A stretch of 36,118 bases of DNA from the IMG/VR virus record IMGVR_UViG_3300022707_000398. The stretch is one strand, 5' to 3'. This DNA is from a virus. This document shows positions 24,673-33,354 of this stretch, piece by piece; positions within the stretch are counted from its first letter, which is position 1, and the number at the start of each line of letters is the position of its first letter. Both the position numbers and the translations under genes were made by a program. The notes below the pieces were generated by a model that was not told the origin of the DNA, searched no databases, and saw nothing but the letters and a program-made list of their open reading frames with translations.

Positions 24673-27022
24673 TATTCAAGCACAATTGCCAGACGGTACA
24701 ATTTTAAACTTTCCTGAAGGAACGCCGGATAATGTTATTGACAACGCCGTTCGTCAACAACTGGCAGCACAACCAAAGCTGCCAGTTCAAGCGGCCCGTG
24801 CCGATCCAACAGCCGCAGGAATACCAACTTTTGAAGGTTTACCGGGATTTGAGGGAAGAATTGATCCAAATAGGCAGCAAATCGCGCCGCAACGGCCTAG
24901 AACTGGCCCGTCAGTAAGCGAAAGGCTACTTTCTGCGGCAGATCGTACAGGTGGACAGGTTGCACAAGCCTTGACCACCTTGGCGGGTCTTCCTGTTGAT
25001 GCAGTAACAGCGGCTATTAATATTGCTTCTGAAGCCACAACAGGACAGCCTTTACTTGATCCTGAACAACAAGCATTCGGAAGGGCAAGTGTTGAAAGAT
25101 TTGGAGCGGGAACACAAGCGGGTGTTCGTACTGTTGGCCGTGGTGTTGGTCTTGTTGCACCACAAACACCAGAACAACGTCAAGCAGAACGTGCAAGGGC
25201 TGATGAAAGTTTAGCTTTCGCGGCCGGTGAATTATTAGGTGAGGTTGCGCCGTTCGTTGGTCCGGCCGGTGCCATTGGTGCATTGTCATTAGTACCAAGA
25301 GTAATAGCAACGGGCTTGCTAGGTGCCACCGAGGGCGGTATAGTATCAACAGGAAGAGGAGCGACAAGTGAAGAAGCTTTACAAACAGCGGGAATTGGTG
25401 GTGGATTGGGCGTTACTTTGGAGATTGTGTCTCCTATTGTTGGTCGCGTTGCTAATTCGATCTTTCGAAGGGCCACAGGAAGAGCACCAACAGGACAGCT
25501 CGTTGATGCCAACCTTAACCCAACAGACGAATTCTTAAGCGTACTTGATGACGCGGGACTTACTATTGAAGATGTTCAAGGGCAAGTTTTGCAAGAAGTC
25601 AGAAAAGGCGCAATTCCAGAACAGGCAGAGCGAGCCGCACGGTTCCAAGCGCAAGGCATCCCAACAACTAAAGGCGTAATCACTCAAGATGATATATTGC
25701 TTGGTCGTGAAGAAACCCTTCTTGGACGTATTGATGAATTTGGAGGTCGAGCAGTTGAGCCACTTCGGGAGCTGAAGAAAGCGCAAAGTGCCGCATTTAT
25801 AAGAAACGCAAACGAGATTATTGAAGATTTGGGGCTTCCTGAAGATGTAGGAAATAGTTTAAAGGATGCTTTAGGACAAAGAAAAAGAGTTCTTAGAAAA
25901 CAAAAAAACAAATTATACGAAATTGCGGGACGCTCTGATCCTGAATTAGCCAGAGTGCCAATCTTGACAGATAATATTGTTGATGCATTACCAACGGCGC
26001 AAAAATTTAGACAAATTAAAAGATTAAAACCAACCGAAACGGCAGCTTTGGAAGACTTGTTAATTGAGTTCGGACTAGACCAAGACCCTGCAAAGGTGGA
26101 CCGTTTTTTAAAGGGTGCTGACAATGAAATTTCACCTTTAAGTTTTAGCAATTTTGAAGATTTTAGACAGGCTTTGAATGCTATTAACCGTTCAGATCAA
26201 ACGGGAACCATTGCCAATCTAGCCACTCCAATAATTAATGTTCTTGATAAAGAGCTTGATGTTGCATTTGAAGCAATGAGCAAAAGCCCAAATATTCAAG
26301 CTAAAACACTAGACCGCCTTAAACGTGCGCGTTCTAAAGTTGTTGAATTAAAAACAGAGTTTGATCCAAAAGGAACAACTAACAAAATTATTTCTAGTCT
26401 TAAAGGAAGCAGACTTCCAACAATTGAGACTTCAAACGTTTATAAAGCGATTGCGGCCCCGTCAGTAAGTAAAGAAGCTGTTCAAAGAGTGGTTAGATCG
26501 CTTACAAAATCAGGTAAGAAAGGGCGAGCGGCTCTTGCTGATTTACAAGCCGCAACAGTTATGGAGGCACTTGATAAGGCTATTTCGGCTACTTCGAACA
26601 GAAGCGGCGGCGTTCAGCAATTTAGTGCCACGGCGTTTGTAAATGAACTTAAAAAGATTGATGGAAAAGGAAATAAACTTGATATTATTTTTGGGAACAA
26701 CAAAGGTATGTTGAAAACACTCCGAAATCTTGAGAAAAGCGCAAGAGAAACCGTCACGCCTGGAACAACAAAGCCGAAAGGAAGCGCGCCGGCTGTCAAT
26801 GCTGTATTGAGCATTGCTTCCGGCGGTAGAAATATATTCGGCCTTCAAAGCGTAACAAATGCAATTGAAGCTGGCACACTATCGGCCGGCGCAAGAGGTG
26901 CCTTAGACGTAACGCCACAACAAAGAAAAACGATTGAATTTATAACACGCGAATATCCAGCCCTTGCAACCGTGCTTGGTGTAGGTGTTGCGGCACAAGG
27001 TGAAACAGATGACAACCAATAG
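24665..27022 (+). CDS. Large internal virion / ejection-type protein (about 785 aa)
   Basis: ORF track frame 24641..27022. ATG 24665 (MADIQAQL) gives an 8-nt overlap with the upstream stop. The function is by position and size. Confidence 0.55.
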   Translation: MADIQAQLPDGTILNFPEGTPDNVIDNAVRQQLAAQPKLPVQAARADPTAAGIPTFEGLPGFEGRIDPNRQQIAPQRPRTGPSVSERLLSAADRTGGQVAQALTTLAGLPVDAVTAAINIASEATTGQPLLDPEQQAFGRASVERFGAGTQAGVRTVGRGVGLVAPQTPEQRQAERARADESLAFAAGELLGEVAPFVGPAGAIGALSLVPRVIATGLLGATEGGIVSTGRGATSEEALQTAGIGGGLGVTLEIVSPIVGRVANSIFRRATGRAPTGQLVDANLNPTDEFLSVLDDAGLTIEDVQGQVLQEVRKGAIPEQAERAARFQAQGIPTTKGVITQDDILLGREETLLGRIDEFGGRAVEPLRELKKAQSAAFIRNANEIIEDLGLPEDVGNSLKDALGQRKRVLRKQKNKLYEIAGRSDPELARVPILTDNIVDALPTAQKFRQIKRLKPTETAALEDLLIEFGLDQDPAKVDRFLKGADNEISPLSFSNFEDFRQALNAINRSDQTGTIANLATPIINVLDKELDVAFEAMSKSPNIQAKTLDRLKRARSKVVELKTEFDPKGTTNKIISSLKGSRLPTIETSNVYKAIAAPSVSKEAVQRVVRSLTKSGKKGRAALADLQAATVMEALDKAISATSNRSGGVQQFSATAFVNELKKIDGKGNKLDIIFGNNKGMLKTLRNLEKSARETVTPGTTKPKGSAPAVNAVLSIASGGRNIFGLQSVTNAIEAGTLSAGARGALDVTPQQRKTIEFITREYPALATVLGVGVAAQGETDDNQ

Positions 27023-28586
27023 ATTTATAAACCCGCGCCCACAATTTCTTACTGCGTCCGGCAAGCCGCTTCTGAACGGCGAAATGGCGTTCTTTGAAAA
27101 CGCAACTGACATTGATAAAGACACGTTTTCAGATGTAAACTTGAAAAATAAGAATGCTAACCCGCTTCCTTTGTTTGCTGATGGATCAATGCCAAACTGT
27201 TTTTATTCTGGTACAGCTCGCGTTATTTTAACATTTGATAATACTTCAGTTGGTGGGGGCGCTGGACAAAGATTTGATCTTGACGGTGTCGGCCAATTCG
27301 GAAGCGGTGCTGCTTTTGATATTTTTAACAGTATTACGGAATATGAAGCCGGTGCATTGGTTGAGGCTTCAGACGGTGAATATTATAGATCACTTCAAAA
27401 TAATAATACTGGTAATGATCCCACATCTTCACCGACTTTTTGGGAGCAAGTGAACTTTATAAGAACATATAATGTGAATGTTACTTATGGGATAGATGCA
27501 ATTGTTATTGCGAGTAACGGGCTTATTTTTAGATCACTTCAAGCGGCTAATTTAAACAACGATCCTCTTACTTCTCCGTTATTTTGGGGAACGCCGGTCG
27601 CTTTCGTTGACCTTAATATCCTTGGTGATTTGTCCTTTGCTGCAACAGAATTAACCATTTCGTCTGGTTCTGTTGCTGCTGAAACCTCACACCATACCAT
27701 TGACACTGAAGCGGCGGCGGCAAGTGATGATCTCGATACGATCACCGTTGCTGGTGTTGCTGACTTTACGGTTTTATATCTTCGACTTGAAGATGCAGCG
27801 CGAGTGGTCACTCTCAAAGATAATACAGGTAATATTCAGACAAAAAATAATGAAGATATTATTCTTGACGCCAATATTCCGACTATTCTATTTAGAGTGG
27901 GTACGGATTGGTTTGAAGTTCAAAGACCTGTTGTTGATAATCCTTTTGATCAGAGTTTAAACAAGGCAGATAATGTTAATTTTGCCGTAGTGACAGCTAC
28001 CACGCTTAATGCAGGAACATTAATTATGGCGGCAGGGTCTATCACTGATAGTTCAGGCACAATCACATTTGACAATGATAATTTAACCAGTACAGGAGCT
28101 ATGACATTCACTGGAGGGGGAACATTAACAGGCACTTGGGTTGATTTAGGCACCATACTTACCGTTAATATAGATGGCGGCACTATCGACGGTGTGCCTA
28201 TCGGGGTTACCACTCCTAGTAGTATTAGAGGAACAACGGGAGTTTTTAGCGGTAAGTTAACCTCTCAATCATTTTTTAACGTTGGCGCCGATGTAGAGTT
28301 AACCATTGCTACGGGAGCAGTTACAGTTACGCAAACATTCCATAGAATAGATACTGAGAGCGATGATGCAACCGATGATCTGGTAACAATCAATGGGGGT
28401 TCAGACGGTGATATCCTTATTCTGAGGTCAACGAATGTTGCTAGAGTTGTCACAGTTAAAAAGGGAAGTACTATAGCCCTAGCGAGTGATTTTGTTATGA
28501 CTGACCCAAGAGATAGACTTATGCTTCAGTTTGATGCAGGGATTGCGGCATGGGCAGAACTTTCAAGAAGCAATAACCCACCATAA
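27009..28586 (+). CDS. Tail fiber with carbohydrate-binding-type repeats and an internal ~90-aa duplication
   Basis: Start at MTTNRFINPRPQFLTASGKPLLNGEMAFF, a typical fibre N-terminus. The repeats are 'YYRSLQNNNTGNDPTSSPTFWEQV' and 'IFRSLQAANLNNDPLTSPLFWGTP'. Confidence 0.75.
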   Translation: MTTNRFINPRPQFLTASGKPLLNGEMAFFENATDIDKDTFSDVNLKNKNANPLPLFADGSMPNCFYSGTARVILTFDNTSVGGGAGQRFDLDGVGQFGSGAAFDIFNSITEYEAGALVEASDGEYYRSLQNNNTGNDPTSSPTFWEQVNFIRTYNVNVTYGIDAIVIASNGLIFRSLQAANLNNDPLTSPLFWGTPVAFVDLNILGDLSFAATELTISSGSVAAETSHHTIDTEAAAASDDLDTITVAGVADFTVLYLRLEDAARVVTLKDNTGNIQTKNNEDIILDANIPTILFRVGTDWFEVQRPVVDNPFDQSLNKADNVNFAVVTATTLNAGTLIMAAGSITDSSGTITFDNDNLTSTGAMTFTGGGTLTGTWVDLGTILTVNIDGGTIDGVPIGVTTPSSIRGTTGVFSGKLTSQSFFNVGADVELTIATGAVTVTQTFHRIDTESDDATDDLVTINGGSDGDILILRSTNVARVVTVKKGSTIALASDFVMTDPRDRLMLQFDAGIAAWAELSRSNNPP

Positions 28587-28598
28587 AGGATTTAAAAA

Positions 28599-28838
28599 AT
28601 GGCTTTAATTAAAAATAAAATAGTTAAAAGTATTACCCTCATTACTGACGGTGACGGTAATTTTTCTGAAGTCGTCGTTGAAAAACAAATACGGATGATC
28701 GACGATGTGACGGGGGAACCTGACAGTGATATAGGAACTCGGACGCGTAATAAGCAATATGGTGAAGCCGCGCAACATGACATGGCGGATTTTCCACAAG
28801 GACTTAAAAATAAAATAAAAACATTCTTGGCTTTATAA
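28599..28838 (+). CDS. Hypothetical protein (79 aa)
   Basis: ORF track; SD AAAGGA. Confidence 0.55.
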   Translation: MALIKNKIVKSITLITDGDGNFSEVVVEKQIRMIDDVTGEPDSDIGTRTRNKQYGEAAQHDMADFPQGLKNKIKTFLAL

Positions 28839-29197
28839 TGTCTAACTGGTTAAATAAATTCTCAAAATGGATAACAAGTTTTGGTGATTGGAACCATGCC
28901 GTTGTGGTTGCTATCTTCATGTGGCCAGTTGCTCTTGTTATGTGGCTTCCAAGTTTATTGGCTGCTTCTTTCTTTGATCTGTATGTTTATTTTTCAGTTT
29001 GTGTTTTGATAGCGTCTTTACTATTTGATGCGGGTTATTATGGCCGTGAGGTTACGGACGCTCAAAGAAGCCTTAGTGGTCTTGACGCTTTCAATTGGAA
29101 TAAATGGACTGACCATAATCGCTTGCAGCAAATTTATTTAATGATCGTGGGTAAGGTTCTTACTGTATTGGCAATGATGATAGGATGGATTTTGTAA
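28838..29197 (+). CDS. Multi-TM membrane protein upstream of the endolysin (holin candidate)
   Basis: 119 aa with about 3-4 hydrophobic segments; TAATG junctions on both sides. Confidence 0.55.
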   Translation: MSNWLNKFSKWITSFGDWNHAVVVAIFMWPVALVMWLPSLLAASFFDLYVYFSVCVLIASLLFDAGYYGREVTDAQRSLSGLDAFNWNKWTDHNRLQQIYLMIVGKVLTVLAMMIGWIL

Positions 29198-29607
29198 TGG
29201 CTAAATTCGGCAACACATCGAACCGTCGCCTTGATACGGCTCACAATGTTCATCAAATCTTGTGGCGTCGGGTAGTTAAGCGCCGTGATTGTTCTATTAC
29301 TGAAGGTCACCGTGATAAATTAAAACAGAATTATTATTTTAAAATTGAAACTTCAAAAGTTCAATGGCCTGATAGCAAACATAATTCAACACCTTCAATG
29401 GCAGTTGATTGTGTACCATATCCTGAAATGTGGGATAGTAAAAAAGCATTCTTTGAACTACGTGAAATCGTTTTGGAAGAATGGGCTATAATGGAAGAAC
29501 AAGGTTTAACCGAAGGATACGAATTGCGTTGGGGCGGTGATTGGGATAGTGACGGTGATTTTGACGATCAAACATTTAACGATTATCCACATTGGGAAAT
29601 AATATAA
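29197..29607 (+). CDS. Endolysin, zinc peptidase M15 (VanY / L-alanyl-D-glutamate peptidase-like)
   Basis: 'EGHRD', 'SKHNSTPSMAVDCVP' (S-x-H...A-V-D) and the C-terminal 'DYPHWE' (D-x-x-H) are in the M15 order of zinc and catalytic residues. Confidence 0.75.
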   Translation: MAKFGNTSNRRLDTAHNVHQILWRRVVKRRDCSITEGHRDKLKQNYYFKIETSKVQWPDSKHNSTPSMAVDCVPYPEMWDSKKAFFELREIVLEEWAIMEEQGLTEGYELRWGGDWDSDGDFDDQTFNDYPHWEII

Positions 29608-30194
29608 TGGCTTTACCTTTAATAGCAGCGGCTTTTCTCGCCAAGAAATTTGCACCAAAATTAATAGGCTTGCTCGGCGGGAAGAAAGCTGAAAGCGTTG
29701 CAGCTAATATTCTCAATGTTGCGGGAAACGTTCTAGGATTATCTGATCCGGACGATATAGTTCAGGCTGTGGATCAAGGATTGACTTCAGAGCAAAACGC
29801 CGCGCTTCAGTCTCAAATGATCGACTTGCAAGCCACAGAACTTGAAGAAGAAACTAAGCGTCTTGAAATCATCAATAAAACGTACCAGACGGAAATTGAA
29901 AGCAAGGATACTTATATTTCTCATTGGCGACCTACATTTGGCTATTGTGTTGCTTATAGCTGGGCAACTCTAATTACTGGATTAATGATTGCTGTAATTG
30001 TCACCGTTTGGAATGATGGGGACATTGCCGCGACTATTACTTCTCTTGCAAGCTTCGTTACTGCTTTAATGCCGCTGTATGGTATTGCGTTGGCTGTCTT
30101 GGGCGTCTCTGTTGTGAAGAGGTCCGATGATAAGCATGTAAGCTCTGGCGGTACTCCTACGGGCATTCTAGACATTTTTAAGAAAAAATCGTAA
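29607..30194 (+). CDS. Holin, 3-TM GTA-type (PF11351-like)
   Basis: Has an N-terminal amphipathic/TM segment, a coiled region, then 'HWRPTFGYCVAYSWATLITGLMIAVIV' and further TM segments. It is adjacent to the endolysin. The family is recalled from alphaproteobacterial GTA and phage holins. Confidence 0.55.
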   Translation: MALPLIAAAFLAKKFAPKLIGLLGGKKAESVAANILNVAGNVLGLSDPDDIVQAVDQGLTSEQNAALQSQMIDLQATELEEETKRLEIINKTYQTEIESKDTYISHWRPTFGYCVAYSWATLITGLMIAVIVTVWNDGDIAATITSLASFVTALMPLYGIALAVLGVSVVKRSDDKHVSSGGTPTGILDIFKKKS

Positions 30195-30219
30195 TATCAT
30201 TTTAACAAAGGAAACCATT

Positions 30220-30378
30220 ATGGCAAAACATGATCCAATAGCAGATGCAAAAAGACGTTCAAAAGCCAAAAACGCGAGACGGAAGAATAACCCAAAATCG
30301 AAACCGAAGCCAAAGCCAATAAATAAAAAATTAGCCGTTGGTCGTGGCAAACAAAGAAAAAGAACGAAAAAAACATAA
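30220..30378 (+). CDS. Extremely basic 52-aa protein inside the lysis cassette
   Basis: My own translation: MAKHDPIADAKRRSKAKNARRKNNPKSKPKPKPINKKLAVGRGKQRKRTKKT; SD AAAGGA; TAATG junction with the next gene. Confidence 0.5.
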   Translation: MAKHDPIADAKRRSKAKNARRKNNPKSKPKPKPINKKLAVGRGKQRKRTKKT

Positions 30379-30866
30379 TGGATTACTCACCATACATACT
30401 TATTTTTTTAGAGGTCTTAATATTTATCACTCTATACTTTCAACCAAGTGAAAGCCGCCTTTATACGGGGGGTGTCTTTATTTTTATGCTTGTTATGCAT
30501 GAGCTTATATTCTCTGATTATGAAGGTCTTATATATCACGGAAGTACCGCATTGTGTTATCTGGGAATTATGATATTCACAGCGCCAGCCGTAAACGTCA
30601 CAAGACTTGTTCTTGATATTCATAAAATATGTATAATGGCTATTTTTATAAATGCATGGGGTTGGTTGGCCTGGGTAGAATATTTACCACCGAGCTTGTA
30701 TAATCTTGCTTCTATGGTCCTTCATGCTTGTAGCGTGTATGTATTGTTAAAGCGTACTAGAAAGGCAGATCATGGAAGTTTTAAACTTGATGGGGGGCGT
30801 CTTAACTTTCGCCTTAATTTTAATTTTTGCAGTGAATATATACAGAAATACAAAGGCCCGACATGA
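30378..30866 (+). CDS. Polytopic membrane protein (162 aa)
   Basis: ORF track; about 4-5 hydrophobic segments. Confidence 0.6.
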   Translation: MDYSPYILIFLEVLIFITLYFQPSESRLYTGGVFIFMLVMHELIFSDYEGLIYHGSTALCYLGIMIFTAPAVNVTRLVLDIHKICIMAIFINAWGWLAWVEYLPPSLYNLASMVLHACSVYVLLKRTRKADHGSFKLDGGRLNFRLNFNFCSEYIQKYKGPT

Positions 30867-31153
30867 GCGTGAAAAACATTATATTAAATTATGCCGACAG
30901 CGTAAAGGCGGCGATCCTAACCGCTGCGGGAACTGCCCTCACTGGCATAATGGATGCGATGGGATTAATTCCTGAAATGCTCGGTAACATACCAGCAATT
31001 ATTGCTTCATGCCTTTCTTTGGTGCTTATATATACACATTGGCGCAAAGGGCGTTCTGAATACAACAAAACCATAATTGAAACTGAAATCTTGAAAGCCA
31101 AACTTGATGAAATCAGGAGAAGTAAAGATGAAGAAGATTTGGAAAGAATTTAA
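30863..31153 (+). CDS. Membrane protein with C-terminal charged helix (96 aa)
   Basis: ORF track; ATGA overlap; two hydrophobic segments followed by 'KAKLDEIRRSKDEEDLERI'. Confidence 0.55.
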   Translation: MSVKNIILNYADSVKAAILTAAGTALTGIMDAMGLIPEMLGNIPAIIASCLSLVLIYTHWRKGRSEYNKTIIETEILKAKLDEIRRSKDEEDLERI

Positions 31154-31511
31154 ATCTGTTATTATTACTATGGGAATATTAATCGCATCGGTCATGGGTG
31201 TATTTGGCTTCTTTGACCGGATAACGGAAGATTTTGTCCGTATAGGCGACCACGCAAGCGCGCAGGAAGTCACAAACGGCCAAATCCAAGGCGTCTCCAA
31301 GCGCAGCATTGAAAACAGCACAGATCTTCTTTATATCCACAAGCGCGGAACACGGCGCGAAAAGAAACAAGCTGAAGATGAACTCCGAATGCTAGAAGAT
31401 TTTGACGATGTAGCAGAAGAACGGCGCGAATTGATTGATGAGATTGCGGATCTTGAAACGGAACTTGAAATGTACACCGAGAAAATTAATGCGCTAAAGC
31501 CTCCGCCTTAG
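31128..31511 (+). CDS. N-terminal TM plus coiled-coil protein, i-spanin-like (127 aa)
   Basis: Start at MKKIWKEF with SD AGGAG 8 nt upstream; TM 'VIITMGILIASVMGVFGFF' followed by a coiled coil. It is the last gene of the late operon. Confidence 0.5.
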   Translation: MKKIWKEFKSVIITMGILIASVMGVFGFFDRITEDFVRIGDHASAQEVTNGQIQGVSKRSIENSTDLLYIHKRGTRREKKQAEDELRMLEDFDDVAEERRELIDEIADLETELEMYTEKINALKPPP

Positions 31512-31536
31512 ATTATTATTTCCTCCCCAAAACTAT

Positions 31537-31567
31537 AAGGGCTCCAATTGCGGGGCTCTTTTTTTGT
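31537..31567. terminator. Rho-independent terminator between the convergent late (+) and early (-) operons
   Basis: 'AAGGGCTCC-aattgc-GGGGCTCTT' (9 bp with two G-U pairs) followed by a T-run (tttttttt). Confidence 0.65.
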
Positions 31568-31578
31568 CTGGATGGTAG

Positions 31579-31893
31579 TTATTTTTTGGGAACGTTAAGA
31601 TTACGTCCCCATCCGCTGCAAGTTACTTTAAATTCAAGATGTGATAAAGGGCCATCATCAAACTTAACATCAAAGCCGTATGATAATTCATTCTTATCAT
31701 CGCGTTTTGGTGGGTAGAACTTTCTAACGAGACATTCAGTACCGTTCTTTAATATAAAGTCTGCCCATTTGGGGGCTTCGTCTGCTATCATATCAAATAA
31801 CTGCGCGGCAACTTCATCAAGTATCCTATCAGCTTGAGATTGTGCCTCTTGCATAATAATATCATTGCCGAGATGCGTTATATTATCCGTCAT
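31579..31893 (-). CDS. Hypothetical early protein (104 aa)
   Basis: ORF track; last gene of the leftward early arm; carries a motif copy at its 3' end. Confidence 0.6.
   Translation of the reverse strand: MTDNITHLGNDIIMQEAQSQADRILDEVAAQLFDMIADEAPKWADFILKNGTECLVRKFYPPKRDDKNELSYGFDVKFDDGPLSHLEFKVTCSGWGRNLNVPKK
31588..31599 (-). promoter_or_regulatory. Early-junction motif copy 'CTTAACGTTCCC' with no downstream gene
   Basis: Reverse complement of 'gggaacgttaag'; encodes ..LNVP.. at the C-terminus of 31579..31893; followed by the stop and the terminator. Confidence 0.5.
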
Positions 31894-32308
31894 TGTCTTC
31901 TCCCGCTGCTGTTTGTTGAACGTTACCTAAATCTTCTTCCCACTGAAATTCGCGCTTACCACATTTGGCACATTCTGTTTTTCCGCTTTTTAATAGGTTG
32001 AACTTTACTGACCCGCATTCGCAGACACGGCCTTCATCGTCGTCATCGTCTGTCTTATGACCATACCATTCAACATCATCACCCATTCTTTTAACGCACC
32101 CATTAGGCGCTTCGTCACAATTTGGATAAGACGGGCATCCTAAGTGCTTGTCATCTTCTGTCATTTCATAAAGATACGATCCATCCTTAACACACGCCAA
32201 GGAATTATTAGCCAGACATTGAGCAGTATAAACTCCTTTATTTTCATCGAGCCTTACTATTGCATCAAGCGCCTCTTTATATTCGTCACGTTCTTTACTT
32301 ATTGACAT
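31883..32308 (-). CDS. Cys-rich (zinc-ribbon-like) early protein (141 aa; start moved to MSISKERD)
   Basis: The internal ATG at 32308 lies 32 nt downstream of a motif copy and has SD GGGAGAAAG. The sequence has CxxC-type pairs (CECGS...CAKCGK). The upstream 44 codons overlap the preceding gene. Confidence 0.55.
   Translation of the reverse strand: MSISKERDEYKEALDAIVRLDENKGVYTAQCLANNSLACVKDGSYLYEMTEDDKHLGCPSYPNCDEAPNGCVKRMGDDVEWYGHKTDDDDDEGRVCECGSVKFNLLKSGKTECAKCGKREFQWEEDLGNVQQTAAGEDNDG
31917..31927 (-). promoter_or_regulatory. Early-junction motif, variant 'GGTAACGTTCA'
   Basis: Lies about 35 nt upstream of the ATG at 31893, followed by SD GGGAGAAG. Confidence 0.4.
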
Positions 32309-32450
32309 TGCTTTCTCCCGGTTGTTGTGGAACGTTAAGTATTTCATAACAGTCCTCACACAGAGGCCCAAGTTCATCAATGAACAGATTATCATCTTCA
32401 CAACGTCCTGTCGGATCATCGCATTCGCAACATAATTCAATCTTTGGCAT
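32295..32450 (-). CDS. Cys-rich 51-aa early protein (MPKIELCCECDD...)
   Basis: The internal ATG at 32450 lies 26 nt after a motif copy and has SD AAGGA. There are eight Cys in 51 aa. Confidence 0.5.
   Translation of the reverse strand: MPKIELCCECDDPTGRCEDDNLFIDELGPLCEDCYEILNVPQQPGESNVNK
32329..32340 (-). promoter_or_regulatory. Early-junction motif copy 'ACTTAACGTTCC' (preceded by TATGAAAT)
   Basis: Reverse complement of 'ggaacgttaagt'; 32 nt upstream of the ATG at 32308. Confidence 0.6.
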
Positions 32451-32655
32451 TCTCAGTCCTTTCGTGAACGTTAAGTATGCTTTCAATTGCATACGTTGCT
32501 TCTTCTGGTGTGGGGAAATAATCTTTAGTAGAAAATCTCAATATGTGTCTTTCGTTACCGCTTGGTGTTGGGTGAAGTTGCATGAAAACACCTTGATATT
32601 TTCCGTCCTTTTCACCAGCGCAAGAATAGCCCTCTAGTCCACATGGATACATCAT
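32437..32655 (-). CDS. Hypothetical early protein (72 aa)
   Basis: ORF track; ATGA overlap with the upstream gene. Confidence 0.55.
   Translation of the reverse strand: MMYPCGLEGYSCAGEKDGKYQGVFMQLHPTPSGNERHILRFSTKDYFPTPEEATYAIESILNVHERTENAKD
32466..32476 (-). promoter_or_regulatory. Early-junction motif copy 'ACTTAACGTTC'
   Basis: Lies 26 nt upstream of the ATG at 32450. GTTC...GGAC pairing overlaps SD AAAGGAC. Confidence 0.6.
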
Positions 32656-32972
32656 GACCCGTCCCCTTGTTTGGGAACGTCAAGTAATTCATTATTAACC
32701 CTGAGTTTGAATTGGTTTACCGCATCACTGTCAGGAATAATTTTAGAGATATTCAATCCCGCGTCATACCAAGACCATCCCGCTATAGGGGGTAATTTTT
32801 CCTCGCCGACATAATCTCTAGTGTATAAGATAGCCATTAACGCTTCGTCCAAAGCCTCGCACAGTCGCTTGTTCTTTGTTTCAAGTTCGGTGAAGTCCTT
32901 TGATATTTCTGCCATAAGAGCTAGGCTCTCGTTGCTTGCATAAACGGCATCCTTTTCATAGTAGTTCTTCAT
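32652..32972 (-). CDS. Hypothetical early protein (106 aa)
   Basis: ORF track; SD-like GGAGAAAC upstream. Confidence 0.6.
   Translation of the reverse strand: MKNYYEKDAVYASNESLALMAEISKDFTELETKNKRLCEALDEALMAILYTRDYVGEEKLPPIAGWSWYDAGLNISKIIPDSDAVNQFKLRVNNELLDVPKQGDGS
32674..32685 (-). promoter_or_regulatory. Early-junction motif copy 'ACTTGACGTTCC' plus hairpin GTTCCC-AAACAA-GGGGAC
   Basis: Lies 30 nt upstream of the ATG at 32655. The 3' arm of the 6-bp hairpin is the SD. Confidence 0.6.
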
Positions 32973-33175
32973 TACTGTTTCTCCTGAACGTTAAGTTTTT
33001 CAAAAAACCTACATTCGTTAAAATAATTATCTAGTGGTGCGCCATTATAAGCGAAATGCAAATGTCTTAAAACTGGTGAGGGCATACTACTTCTTAACCA
33101 CATACATCTGCCTGTGGCATACTTAGCTAGTTGGTGATGTTTGCATTTTCTACAATCTTCCAGATTATCACTCAT
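32972..33175 (-). CDS. Cys/His-containing early protein (67 aa)
   Basis: ORF track; ATGA overlap upstream; 'CRKCKHH...C...C'. Confidence 0.55.
   Translation of the reverse strand: MSDNLEDCRKCKHHQLAKYATGRCMWLRSSMPSPVLRHLHFAYNGAPLDNYFNECRFFEKLNVQEKQ
32985..32996 (-). promoter_or_regulatory. Early-junction motif copy 'ACTTAACGTTCA'
   Basis: Lies 24 nt upstream of the ATG at 32972; the SD AGGAG follows immediately. Confidence 0.6.
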
Positions 33176-33342
33176 GGCTTTTCTCGATCTAATATTTTTT
33201 TACATTTAGGGCAAGTGACATTTTCATCAATTACAACCCAAGCTGATTTTTTAAGATTAATTTTCCTTGGCCTTTTAAAACAAAGTGCGGAAACATCCCC
33301 ATTAGGATTTATATGTTTTGCTTTATGATATACTTTAGTCAT
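33172..33342 (-). CDS. Zinc-ribbon-like 56-aa early protein (MTKVYHK...CPKCKKIL)
   Basis: The internal ATG at 33342 of ORF 33172..33633 lies 24 nt after a motif copy and has SD GAAGGA. Confidence 0.5.
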   Translation of the reverse strand: MTKVYHKAKHINPNGDVSALCFKRPRKINLKKSAWVVIDENVTCPKCKKILDREKP

Positions 33343-33354
33343 GGTGTGTCCTTC

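Noticed and set aside
25017-26151. Minus-strand ORFs of 110-155 aa inside the 24665..27022 gene
   Set aside because: They are shadow ORFs of a long, uninterrupted plus-strand gene within a co-directional late operon.
27648-28565. Tail-fiber internal repeats as a diversity-generating retroelement (TR/VR pair)
   Set aside because: The similarity is only at the protein level, the nucleotide sequences have diverged at all base types, and there is no reverse transcriptase gene.
30772-30975. 67-aa ORF overlapping the end of 30378..30866 and the start of 30863..31153
   Set aside because: It lies entirely within two better-supported, translationally coupled membrane-protein genes and has no SD.
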